A stretch of 64,000 nt of DNA from assembly GCA_977017575.1 (NCBI GenBank), contig CDRNVI010000048.1, forward strand, positions 255,757 to 319,756, given 5' to 3'. The DNA is from Paramoeba atlantica. Taxonomy: Eukaryota; Protista; Discosea. The position numbers and the translations under genes are program-made. Positions 9,182 through 18,642 of this stretch are shown here, piece after piece. Each line of letters starts with the position of its first letter. Position 1 is the first letter of the stretch. The notes beneath the pieces were generated by a model. It ran no database searches. It was not told the DNA's origin and saw only the letters and a program-made list of their open reading frames with translations.

Positions 9182-11245
9182 CTATTGCTCGATTAAAGGG
9201 GGCAAGGGGTCCACAGCCGGCAGGCGCGTAATCATCATGCGTGCCTGGCAACGCATCAATGTTACGTTCATGTCGGTCACGAGACGGAGCGTAGAGGCCT
9301 CGTCTGTCAAGATACCGTTGGACGCTTTTGCCCTTCGTTCTCCAACCTTCCGGAGAACGGCTAAAGCACTGGCACTCCAAGAGCCATAGCTCTCGACCAC
9401 CATAGCTGTGAAATCGCTTCCGGCATCTTCAGATTCACGGCGTTGTCGGACTTTCTGCTCTGAGGCATAATGCTCTGCGAAGGACCCCGCGGCCACCCAG
9501 CTAGCATTTCGGACTGTGTCCGTGTATTTAAATTGCTGGGCGTGAGTGACCGCGAAGTCAAGCACGATAGGTTTCCCGAGGAAGAGACTCGGAAGGAAGA
9601 CGTCCCCGGGTCTAGTCAGAGCGCCTCCGGGGCCCCGGTTCCCGAGGCTTTTTTCCCGTTGGGGAGCTAGGCGTGCGTTACTGCAAGTATCGGCAAAGTG
9701 ATCGGCCAAGGCGTTGTGACGGCCGATAATACCGTCCCCGTGCTTGCATGTGAGAGCGTGATCGCCGTGTATGTCCAATGGGAGTGTGCAGTTCCCCTTG
9801 GGACATGTACCTTCTTCCCCGTACACGGGCACACCTAACCACCAGCGGGATAGGATGCGGAATTCTGTGGGGTTAAAGGCGTGGCCCGTGTCTCTGGAAG
9901 GAGTTACGAACGCCCAGCTGCTTGCTCCTTTACCACACTGAGAAGCCCAGCGTGCGCGAGTCCGGGCGTCGGCGTTTTCATATGCGTGCGAGAACTCTGT
10001 GGCAGAGATCGCGTAACTTATGTCTTTTTGGCGGGGGACGCTATTACTTGCCCAGTCGGGTGGATCCGCGTCAACGCAATCTTCGGATGCGTAAAGGGGG
10101 TTTGTATCGTGTGGAAAGTCTTCGGAATGAGGCAATGCGCGGTCACGAGGAAGGGAAGGCGGATTTGCGGGTTCAAAGGGATGTCTGGTTTCTCCCTCGC
10201 GAGATCTCTTGGTGAAGCGAGCTTTGGGGGAGAGTTCTTCACATTTATGGCGCGGGATGGAACGCACGAGTCCGTTTGAGTCGAGTAGACTGATACCAAC
10301 TTTCGAGTTCACGTCTTCAATCGATTGTAGAAAGCCCTCCACTTCTGAAGCATCCCATGAGTCCGTGGCCGCCGCGAAAACTACAGAGGAGGCGTAAGCG
10401 GAGGATGCGTGCACGGTCGACGATTTTAAACCGAAACCTCCGTGTCTTTTCAAGCGCTGAATTTGGGCGCGTGCGGAGGGAGGCAAAGGACATAGAGTGG
10501 ATTCGACCGCGTGCATTAGGAAGTCGTCGAGCCGCTTGCAGAGGTTCATAACTGATTGCGGGGGCGTCGTTCGTAGAGCATGTACCAATTTGCAGAATCC
10601 AGCACATTGTCGAATTAGCGCCATGGATACCTGGGGGTCCCGGATTCTGGTTATGGCATCAAGGGCCATTTCGGCGGGCTCAACCGCGTGTGTCAGCAGA
10701 TATTCAGTACAGTACTCAGGGGACCCAATTGGGCTTCCTAGGACACTAAAGTTACCGCACACGTTTATTTTGGCGTCGGGTATGTCCGGAAATATGGTTA
10801 CAACGTTAACCGAGGCAGGGGGGGTGATTATTTCGCACTTGGACATGTTCAGATATAGGCCCCATCGCGGACCTACTCTGGCGATTGTATCCAACGAATT
10901 CCTGACGTCTTCTGCCCTGCCAATGAGAATCCCGTCGTCTAGGTACCATAGCTGCAAGTCCAGGTCGGCCTGGTGATAGATTTCTTTTGCAAGTTCCAAG
11001 GAGACCAGTGAAAAGAAAAGTGGTCCCAGGGGATCGCCCTGTTGGACGCCTTCATCCGAAAGGAGTGTGTGGTAACGATAGGTCAAAGCACTAGTTGTCG
11101 TATAGCACCAGCTAGCCCAGGGGAACAATTCCGGAAAATGATCGCCTACAAGTTTCAAGAAAGTTGCTCTGCTAACGTTGTTGAATGCGTTGCTTAGGTC
11201 GACTTTACATAATACCATGTCGGGGTTGTCCGTATGAATTGTCAT
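9182..11245 (-). CDS. Family A C-terminal part: RT + CCHC + restriction-like endonuclease
   Basis: KVDLSNAFN, GVQQGDPLGPL, WYLDDG, CPKGNC..H...C, RH..E, PGD..LDF motifs. Confidence 0.9.
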   Translation of the reverse strand: MTIHTDNPDMVLCKVDLSNAFNNVSRATFLKLVGDHFPELFPWASWCYTTTSALTYRYHTLLSDEGVQQGDPLGPLFFSLVSLELAKEIYHQADLDLQLWYLDDGILIGRAEDVRNSLDTIARVGPRWGLYLNMSKCEIITPPASVNVVTIFPDIPDAKINVCGNFSVLGSPIGSPEYCTEYLLTHAVEPAEMALDAITRIRDPQVSMALIRQCAGFCKLVHALRTTPPQSVMNLCKRLDDFLMHAVESTLCPLPPSARAQIQRLKRHGGFGLKSSTVHASSAYASSVVFAAATDSWDASEVEGFLQSIEDVNSKVGISLLDSNGLVRSIPRHKCEELSPKARFTKRSREGETRHPFEPANPPSLPRDRALPHSEDFPHDTNPLYASEDCVDADPPDWASNSVPRQKDISYAISATEFSHAYENADARTRARWASQCGKGASSWAFVTPSRDTGHAFNPTEFRILSRWWLGVPVYGEEGTCPKGNCTLPLDIHGDHALTCKHGDGIIGRHNALADHFADTCSNARLAPQREKSLGNRGPGGALTRPGDVFLPSLFLGKPIVLDFAVTHAQQFKYTDTVRNASWVAAGSFAEHYASEQKVRQRRESEDAGSDFTAMVVESYGSWSASALAVLRKVGERRAKASNGILTDEASTLRLVTDMNVTLMRCQARMMITRLPAVDPLPPLIEQ

Positions 11246-13041
11246 TGCGTGCCGTGAATTATTCGTTCCGAACCGGCCGGTGTCGCGACGCCGAACTGTA
11301 GTCCCTTAAAAAATTCCCTGGCTTTGCTCCTCACTGCATTGCAAGCCGCTTTGCTTACCAATCGACGTATCGTTTCTCCCGCTGCTATGGGGCGGACGTC
11401 ATTTTCGCCCTTTTCAAGCGCGCAAAGTCTGGCTCCCGCAAAATATGGTTGTACCTCTAGGGGTGCTTTCCCGGCTAGTAGATGATTCACGAGGTTTTTA
11501 AGGGCAGTAAGGGGTTTCACGGTGTTATCTACGTGCGCCAGGAGTACAGCTTGCAAGTGCTCGGGTCGTAAACCCATGGTTCCGGACGAGGAACCCCGGT
11601 GAAAGCTCTTGATAGTTTTCGCTACCACGCGTTCATCCATTATTAGGGGCGCTGTGGGCGGAGGCGTATAGTCGATGATGTCACTGTCTGGATGTCGGGG
11701 CGGGTGCTTGCTCTGAAGTTTGAGGAGTGTATCTTCGTCGTCAGGGGCCATAGCATCCGCCGTGAGTGCAGCCATACCCCTAGAGTACTCGCCTTGTCGA
11801 GCTAGAAGCTCTGCTCGGATAGCTGCCTTTTCCTCTTCGTCGTGAACGGTTGTAGGGGCTACAGATTGTTTCTTGAGTGCGTTGTCTACTGCTTCATTCC
11901 ATAGGGAGACATAATCTTGCGCGAGCCATCGGTTCATGCACTTCTGGACGTATGATGCGTAAGTTGTGTGGTTCTTACGTCCTCCTCGGGGTGGGGCGGG
12001 TAGTAAGCACTTGGGGAGCATGGCGAATAGGGTCCACGCGGCTGTAGAGTTTTCGGTGACTGCGTTTTGGGCTGCTTTGGTGATAATTTCTCCCCACAGT
12101 TGACGGCAACGTGGAGGTACGTCCTTGCAAGTGTTCAGGCGCAGCGTGCAGATAGAGGATAGCGAGGGAAGTTCAGAGTGATGAGTTTGAGTCCCCGGAA
12201 GGTGGCTTGGGTCGCTCGAGTGTGCTGCGCGCGATGGGATTTGGGGGTTCGCAACGTTCCCTTTGCAGGCTTGTGGATGAGCTTCCCTTTTGTTGATGTC
12301 ATAATGGCGCCCGCATAAGTTGCAAAGAAATCGGCCTTCTGCATCCCACCAGGTAGCGGGAACTCCGTTTCCGTGGCGACACGCGACGTGGTTATAAAAC
12401 GCTTGCCAAGACCCTCCGTGCGGCAGACTTCTCCAAGTGCATCCCATGGCCGGACATTCCCGAGTCTCTTCTCTTGTTTGTGTCTTTTCAGCGAAGTTAT
12501 TTTGGTTTGCGGCGTGTCGCGGTGAAGAGAAATATGTCCGGGGCTCCGGTGTTCGCCTTGACGAGCGCGAGTCCGCTTTGGTCACTCCTTTCGATGGGGA
12601 AGTGTTTCGACCTTGGTGGGAAAGAGCATCCTTCACTGCGGATTTGAGCGTCCGAGCTTCATCGGGGATCTTTGATGTGGGTGTAGCCTCGTGAGTAATT
12701 TTCTGCCTTCTCACTCCACAGTGCTGCATCTCCTCGTCTTCGGCCTCTACGTGGCCCGTGTCTGGGGTTTCCTTTTCCTGGGAGATGTGACGTGCGCGTT
12801 CCAACCATTCCTTAGGAATATTCTCCGGGATTGGTGTAGTGTAGAGTTGTTCGTCGTATGTGCTGACAGCGCGAATCAAATGCTTGTTTCCTTGGAATTG
12901 GTCCCAACTGCCGAGGGAGTGCGCACGTTCTTCGTCGGCGAGAGCGCCTACGCTGAGAGTTCCTTCCTTTGCACTCATATGGGATGAGGGGTGGTCCTCG
13001 TTCGAGCGTGCGGGGCTCTGAGGAGTATTGGTTTGCGTCAT
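11242..13041 (-). CDS. Family A N-terminal part: conserved WDQF motif, two zinc fingers, RT N-terminus
   Basis: First ATG after the SL is at 13041 (MTQT). Motifs CPAMGC..H...H, CNLC..H...C and RPIAAGETIRRL. Ends at a TGA overlapping the next ATG. Confidence 0.85.
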   Translation of the reverse strand: MTQTNTPQSPARSNEDHPSSHMSAKEGTLSVGALADEERAHSLGSWDQFQGNKHLIRAVSTYDEQLYTTPIPENIPKEWLERARHISQEKETPDTGHVEAEDEEMQHCGVRRQKITHEATPTSKIPDEARTLKSAVKDALSHQGRNTSPSKGVTKADSRSSRRTPEPRTYFSSPRHAANQNNFAEKTQTREETRECPAMGCTWRSLPHGGSWQAFYNHVACRHGNGVPATWWDAEGRFLCNLCGRHYDINKREAHPQACKGNVANPQIPSRAAHSSDPSHLPGTQTHHSELPSLSSICTLRLNTCKDVPPRCRQLWGEIITKAAQNAVTENSTAAWTLFAMLPKCLLPAPPRGGRKNHTTYASYVQKCMNRWLAQDYVSLWNEAVDNALKKQSVAPTTVHDEEEKAAIRAELLARQGEYSRGMAALTADAMAPDDEDTLLKLQSKHPPRHPDSDIIDYTPPPTAPLIMDERVVAKTIKSFHRGSSSGTMGLRPEHLQAVLLAHVDNTVKPLTALKNLVNHLLAGKAPLEVQPYFAGARLCALEKGENDVRPIAAGETIRRLVSKAACNAVRSKAREFFKGLQFGVATPAGSERIIHGTQ

Positions 13042-13092
13042 AAAAGAGCTGGGCCCCGAGAGAATACTGCGTAAAAAAATTTCAACAAGGTA

Positions 13093-13128
13093 CAACAAGG
13101 TACAGAAACTGTATCTTTATCGTTAAAG
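13093..13128 (-). other. Retroposed spliced-leader exon, with extra 10-nt SL 3' fragment at 13083-13092
   Basis: CTTTAACGATAAAGATACAGTTTCTGTACCTTGTTG followed by TACCTTGTTG and the A 5' UTR; no GT donor follows. Confidence 0.8.
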
Positions 13129-13487
13129 TTTACTCCAAGTTTTTCCAACGGAGGAGGCTGAGCTATGTTGGGAATGTTCTTCTGAAACCAATCGCATTTC
13201 TGGAAATTAATTCGGAGGTTCATCTCTGCGGCGATCTCACGCAGGTAAAAGAAAGCTGCCTCCAATGCTTGCACGTTTTTGGAGCTCAAAGTCACATCGT
13301 CTTGGTATGCTCGGATCTTCACGTCAGGATAGAGGTGCATGAGTTCTCGTAGCGGGCCTTGCAAAAGTGCGCAGAAGTACATTGATGAAAGTGCCGATCC
13401 TTGGCGAATTCCTGAAGAGCTTTCGATGGTAGCAAACAGAGCATTGTGCGCAAAAAATAGCAGCTCAGAGGGAATCCCATATTCTAG
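13125..13487 (-). pseudogene. 363-bp duplicate of the family X RT fragment
   Basis: Matches 8263-8625 and joins the SL through 4-nt AAAG microhomology. Confidence 0.93.
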
Positions 13488-14043
13488 TTTTTTTTTTTTT
13501 TTTTTTGCAGATAATAGGGGGGGAAGAGTACGAGTTCTAATTTTATATATGTATGTACGGTATGACTTTCTCACTTACTTTCCTACTTGCTCAACTTCTT
13601 TCCCTCACTTCCCCCCATTTTGAAAACCAGCAAAATATATAACTAGCAAATACATGCTTTCCCATCTTACCCACTTCCCCTTACCAATCTTACCAGCTTT
13701 CCAGGGAGGGTAAGGTCTCCCTCGGTTAGGAGGGGCAGACTTTTCCCGAACCATTCGCGCGTTCCGGACCGGGTCTTTCGACCTCTCCCAGCTTGCCTTG
13801 TTAACCCTTCTCTTGTTGTACGAGAGGGCGCAAGCAATGGGCCTGTGCCGACAGCGGCACGGTCGCGGAGCATGATGCTGGCCGACGGGGAGGAACAAAG
13901 TTCCCTACCCATGTCCTACCTCACTTGGAGTACCTAGCCCTGGCGGACTAGGCGTGAGCATAGACCCTGCCGGCATCGACCAGCATCCGGACCAGCTGTT
14001 CGGGTTCCGGCTGAGCGGCCCATCTTGCACATCCGTCATCGTG

Positions 14044-16107
14044 CTATTGCTCGATTAAAGGGGGCAAGGGGTCCACAGCCGGCAGGCGCGTAATCATCAT
14101 GCGTGCCTGGCAACGCATCAATGTTACGTTCATGTCGGTCACGAGACGGAGCGTAGAGGCCTCGTCTGTCAAGATACCGTTGGACGCTTTTGCCCTTCGT
14201 TCTCCAACCTTCCGGAGAACGGCTAAAGCACTGGCACTCCAAGAGCCATAGCTCTCGACCACCATAGCTGTGAAATCGCTTCCGGCATCTTCAGATTCAC
14301 GGCGTTGTCGGACTTTCTGCTCTGAGGCATAATGCTCTGCGAAGGACCCCGCGGCCACCCAGCTAGCATTTCGGACTGTGTCCGTGTATTTAAATTGCTG
14401 GGCGTGAGTGACCGCGAAGTCAAGCACGATAGGTTTCCCGAGGAAGAGACTCGGAAGGAAGACGTCCCCGGGTCTAGTCAGAGCGCCTCCGGGGCCCCGG
14501 TTCCCGAGGCTTTTTTCCCGTTGGGGAGCTAGGCGTGCGTTACTGCAAGTATCGGCAAAGTGATCGGCCAAGGCGTTGTGACGGCCGATAATACCGTCCC
14601 CGTGCTTGCATGTGAGAGCGTGATCGCCGTGTATGTCCAATGGGAGTGTGCAGTTCCCCTTGGGACATGTACCTTCTTCCCCGTACACGGGCACACCTAA
14701 CCACCAGCGGGATAGGATGCGGAATTCTGTGGGGTTAAAGGCGTGGCCCGTGTCTCTGGAAGGAGTTACGAACGCCCAGCTGCTTGCTCCTTTACCACAC
14801 TGAGAAGCCCAGCGTGCGCGAGTCCGGGCGTCGGCGTTTTCATATGCGTGCGAGAACTCTGTGGCAGAGATCGCGTAACTTATGTCTTTTTGGCGGGGGA
14901 CGCTATTACTTGCCCAGTCGGGTGGATCCGCGTCAACGCAATCTTCGGATGCGTAAAGGGGGTTTGTATCGTGTGGAAAGTCTTCGGAATGAGGCAATGC
15001 GCGGTCACGAGGAAGGGAAGGCGGATTTGCGGGTTCAAAGGGATGTCTGGTTTCTCCCTCGCGAGATCTCTTGGTGAAGCGAGCTTTGGGGGAGAGTTCT
15101 TCACATTTATGGCGCGGGATGGAACGCACGAGTCCGTTTGAGTCGAGTAGACTGATACCAACTTTCGAGTTCACGTCTTCAATCGATTGTAGAAAGCCCT
15201 CCACTTCTGAAGCATCCCATGAGTCCGTGGCCGCCGCGAAAACTACAGAGGAGGCGTAAGCGGAGGATGCGTGCACGGTCGACGATTTTAAACCGAAACC
15301 TCCGTGTCTTTTCAAGCGCTGAATTTGGGCGCGTGCGGAGGGAGGCAAAGGACATAGAGTGGATTCGACCGCGTGCATTAGGAAGTCGTCGAGCCGCTTG
15401 CAGAGGTTCATAACTGATTGCGGGGGCGTCGTTCGTAGAGCATGTACCAATTTGCAGAATCCAGCACATTGTCGAATTAGCGCCATGGATACCTGGGGGT
15501 CCCGGATTCTGGTTATGGCATCAAGGGCCATTTCGGCGGGCTCAACCGCGTGTGTCAGCAGATATTCAGTACAGTACTCAGGGGACCCAATTGGGCTTCC
15601 TAGGACACTAAAGTTACCGCACACGTTTATTTTGGCGTCGGGTATGTCCGGAAATATGGTTACAACGTTAACCGAGGCAGGGGGGGTGATTATTTCGCAC
15701 TTGGACATGTTCAGATATAGGCCCCATCGCGGACCTACTCTGGCGATTGTATCCAACGAATTCCTGACGTCTTCTGCCCTGCCAATGAGAATCCCGTCGT
15801 CTAGGTACCATAGCTGCAAGTCCAGGTCGGCCTGGTGATAGATTTCTTTTGCAAGTTCCAAGGAGACCAGTGAAAAGAAAAGTGGTCCCAGGGGATCGCC
15901 CTGTTGGACGCCTTCATCCGAAAGGAGTGTGTGGTAACGATAGGTCAAAGCACTAGTTGTCGTATAGCACCAGCTAGCCCAGGGGAACAATTCCGGAAAA
16001 TGATCGCCTACAAGTTTCAAGAAAGTTGCTCTGCTAACGTTGTTGAATGCGTTGCTTAGGTCGACTTTACATAATACCATGTCGGGGTTGTCCGTATGAA
16101 TTGTCAT
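14044..16107 (-). CDS. Family A C-terminal part (RT-CCHC-RLE), copy 2
   Basis: Protein identical to 9182-11245. Confidence 0.9.
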   Translation of the reverse strand: MTIHTDNPDMVLCKVDLSNAFNNVSRATFLKLVGDHFPELFPWASWCYTTTSALTYRYHTLLSDEGVQQGDPLGPLFFSLVSLELAKEIYHQADLDLQLWYLDDGILIGRAEDVRNSLDTIARVGPRWGLYLNMSKCEIITPPASVNVVTIFPDIPDAKINVCGNFSVLGSPIGSPEYCTEYLLTHAVEPAEMALDAITRIRDPQVSMALIRQCAGFCKLVHALRTTPPQSVMNLCKRLDDFLMHAVESTLCPLPPSARAQIQRLKRHGGFGLKSSTVHASSAYASSVVFAAATDSWDASEVEGFLQSIEDVNSKVGISLLDSNGLVRSIPRHKCEELSPKARFTKRSREGETRHPFEPANPPSLPRDRALPHSEDFPHDTNPLYASEDCVDADPPDWASNSVPRQKDISYAISATEFSHAYENADARTRARWASQCGKGASSWAFVTPSRDTGHAFNPTEFRILSRWWLGVPVYGEEGTCPKGNCTLPLDIHGDHALTCKHGDGIIGRHNALADHFADTCSNARLAPQREKSLGNRGPGGALTRPGDVFLPSLFLGKPIVLDFAVTHAQQFKYTDTVRNASWVAAGSFAEHYASEQKVRQRRESEDAGSDFTAMVVESYGSWSASALAVLRKVGERRAKASNGILTDEASTLRLVTDMNVTLMRCQARMMITRLPAVDPLPPLIEQ

Positions 16108-17903
16108 TGCGTGCCGTGAATTATTCGTTCCGAACCGGCCGGTGTCGCGACGCCGAACTGTAGTCCCTTAAAAAATTCCCTGGCTTTGCTCCTCACTGCA
16201 TTGCAAGCCGCTTTGCTTACCAATCGACGTATCGTTTCTCCCGCTGCTATGGGGCGGACGTCATTTTCGCCCTTTTCAAGCGCGCAAAGTCTGGCTCCCG
16301 CAAAATATGGTTGTACCTCTAGGGGTGCTTTCCCGGCTAGTAGATGATTCACGAGGTTTTTAAGGGCAGTAAGGGGTTTCACGGTGTTATCTACGTGCGC
16401 CAGGAGTACAGCTTGCAAGTGCTCGGGTCGTAAACCCATGGTTCCGGACGAGGAACCCCGGTGAAAGCTCTTGATAGTTTTCGCTACCACGCGTTCATCC
16501 ATTATTAGGGGCGCTGTGGGCGGAGGCGTATAGTCGATGATGTCACTGTCTGGATGTCGGGGCGGGTGCTTGCTCTGAAGTTTGAGGAGTGTATCTTCGT
16601 CGTCAGGGGCCATAGCATCCGCCGTGAGTGCAGCCATACCCCTAGAGTACTCGCCTTGTCGAGCTAGAAGCTCTGCTCGGATAGCTGCCTTTTCCTCTTC
16701 GTCGTGAACGGTTGTAGGGGCTACAGATTGTTTCTTGAGTGCGTTGTCTACTGCTTCATTCCATAGGGAGACATAATCTTGCGCGAGCCATCGGTTCATG
16801 CACTTCTGGACGTATGATGCGTAAGTTGTGTGGTTCTTACGTCCTCCTCGGGGTGGGGCGGGTAGTAAGCACTTGGGGAGCATGGCGAATAGGGTCCACG
16901 CGGCTGTAGAGTTTTCGGTGACTGCGTTTTGGGCTGCTTTGGTGATAATTTCTCCCCACAGTTGACGGCAACGTGGAGGTACGTCCTTGCAAGTGTTCAG
17001 GCGCAGCGTGCAGATAGAGGATAGCGAGGGAAGTTCAGAGTGATGAGTTTGAGTCCCCGGAAGGTGGCTTGGGTCGCTCGAGTGTGCTGCGCGCGATGGG
17101 ATTTGGGGGTTCGCAACGTTCCCTTTGCAGGCTTGTGGATGAGCTTCCCTTTTGTTGATGTCATAATGGCGCCCGCATAAGTTGCAAAGAAATCGGCCTT
17201 CTGCATCCCACCAGGTAGCGGGAACTCCGTTTCCGTGGCGACACGCGACGTGGTTATAAAACGCTTGCCAAGACCCTCCGTGCGGCAGACTTCTCCAAGT
17301 GCATCCCATGGCCGGACATTCCCGAGTCTCTTCTCTTGTTTGTGTCTTTTCAGCGAAGTTATTTTGGTTTGCGGCGTGTCGCGGTGAAGAGAAATATGTC
17401 CGGGGCTCCGGTGTTCGCCTTGACGAGCGCGAGTCCGCTTTGGTCACTCCTTTCGATGGGGAAGTGTTTCGACCTTGGTGGGAAAGAGCATCCTTCACTG
17501 CGGATTTGAGCGTCCGAGCTTCATCGGGGATCTTTGATGTGGGTGTAGCCTCGTGAGTAATTTTCTGCCTTCTCACTCCACAGTGCTGCATCTCCTCGTC
17601 TTCGGCCTCTACGTGGCCCGTGTCTGGGGTTTCCTTTTCCTGGGAGATGTGACGTGCGCGTTCCAACCATTCCTTAGGAATATTCTCCGGGATTGGTGTA
17701 GTGTAGAGTTGTTCGTCGTATGTGCTGACAGCGCGAATCAAATGCTTGTTTCCTTGGAATTGGTCCCAACTGCCGAGGGAGTGCGCACGTTCTTCGTCGG
17801 CGAGAGCGCCTACGCTGAGAGTTCCTTCCTTTGCACTCATATGGGATGAGGGGTGGTCCTCGTTCGAGCGTGCGGGGCTCTGAGGAGTATTGGTTTGCGT
17901 CAT
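16104..17903 (-). CDS. Family A N-terminal part, copy 2
   Basis: Protein identical to 11242-13041. Confidence 0.85.
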   Translation of the reverse strand: MTQTNTPQSPARSNEDHPSSHMSAKEGTLSVGALADEERAHSLGSWDQFQGNKHLIRAVSTYDEQLYTTPIPENIPKEWLERARHISQEKETPDTGHVEAEDEEMQHCGVRRQKITHEATPTSKIPDEARTLKSAVKDALSHQGRNTSPSKGVTKADSRSSRRTPEPRTYFSSPRHAANQNNFAEKTQTREETRECPAMGCTWRSLPHGGSWQAFYNHVACRHGNGVPATWWDAEGRFLCNLCGRHYDINKREAHPQACKGNVANPQIPSRAAHSSDPSHLPGTQTHHSELPSLSSICTLRLNTCKDVPPRCRQLWGEIITKAAQNAVTENSTAAWTLFAMLPKCLLPAPPRGGRKNHTTYASYVQKCMNRWLAQDYVSLWNEAVDNALKKQSVAPTTVHDEEEKAAIRAELLARQGEYSRGMAALTADAMAPDDEDTLLKLQSKHPPRHPDSDIIDYTPPPTAPLIMDERVVAKTIKSFHRGSSSGTMGLRPEHLQAVLLAHVDNTVKPLTALKNLVNHLLAGKAPLEVQPYFAGARLCALEKGENDVRPIAAGETIRRLVSKAACNAVRSKAREFFKGLQFGVATPAGSERIIHGTQ

Positions 17904-17954
17904 AAAAGAGCTGGGCCCCGAGAGAATACTGCGTAAAAAAATTTCAACAAGGTA

Positions 17955-17990
17955 CAACAAGGTACAGAAACTGTATCTTTATCGTTAAAG
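17955..17990 (-). other. Retroposed SL exon (plus 10-nt fragment 17945-17954)
   Basis: Same sequence as 13083-13128. Confidence 0.8.
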
Positions 17991-18347
17991 TTTACTCCAA
18001 GTTTTTCCAACGGAGGAGGCTGAGCTATGTTGGGAATGTTCTTCTGAAACCAATCGCATTTCTGGAAATTAATTCGGAGGTTCATCTCTGCGGCGATCTC
18101 ACGCAGGTAAAAGAAAGCTGCCTCCAATGCTTGCACGTTTTTGGAGCTCAAAGTCACATCGTCTTGGTATGCTCGGATCTTCACGTCAGGATAGAGGTGC
18201 ATGAGTTCTCGTAGCGGGCCTTGCAAAAGTGCGCAGAAGTACATTGATGAAAGTGCCGATCCTTGGCGAATTCCTGAAGAGCTTTCGATGGTAGCAAACA
18301 GAGCATTGTGCGCAAAAAATAGCAGCTCAGAGGGAATCCCATATTCT

Positions 18348-18349
<2 letters not shown>
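17987..18349 (-). pseudogene. Third copy of the 363-bp X RT fragment
   Basis: Same boundaries as the other two copies, followed by an extra G, T33 and the family B tail. Confidence 0.93.
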
Positions 18350-18385
<36 letters not shown>

Positions 18386-18642
18386 AATTAATAAGGGGGG
18401 AGAAGTATGAATCGCGGCATTGCCTCTATATTTTGACCCAGTAGACGAACCAAGTAGGTCCATTGGGGGGGGGGGGTATACGAATTGAAAACAAACAATC
18501 AAATTAGCAATTCTTTTTCTGTCCACAGATGTACCTTTTTTCTCAGCCCAAAACTAGCAATTTAGTCTCCCCTAAGTATATACTACAAACAAGAAAAACA
18601 GTAAAAATTAGTAAAAATTAAAACAAGCAATCCATGCCCAAT

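Larger units (their letters stand above)
8626..13128 (-). mobile_element. CRE-like non-LTR retrotransposon family A, copy 1 (SL-capped, full length, frameshifted)
   Basis: T19 tail at 8626-8644, structured 3' UTR, split ORF, SL exon at 13093-13128. Confidence 0.92.
13488..17990 (-). mobile_element. Family A copy 2 (identical to copy 1)
   Basis: Same ORFs, tail and double SL at offset +4862. Confidence 0.92.
8263..18349. repeat. Tandem duplication, period 4862 bp: [363-bp X fragment + element A] x2 plus a third X fragment
   Basis: X fragment at 8263-8625, 13125-13487 and 17987-18349. Both A copies encode identical proteins and have identical T19 tails. Confidence 0.95.

Noticed and set aside
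13041-13128. HDV-like or hammerhead ribozyme at element 5' ends
   Set aside because: The 5' UTRs are only ~40 nt, AT-rich and start with the SL; no catalytic consensus was seen by eye.
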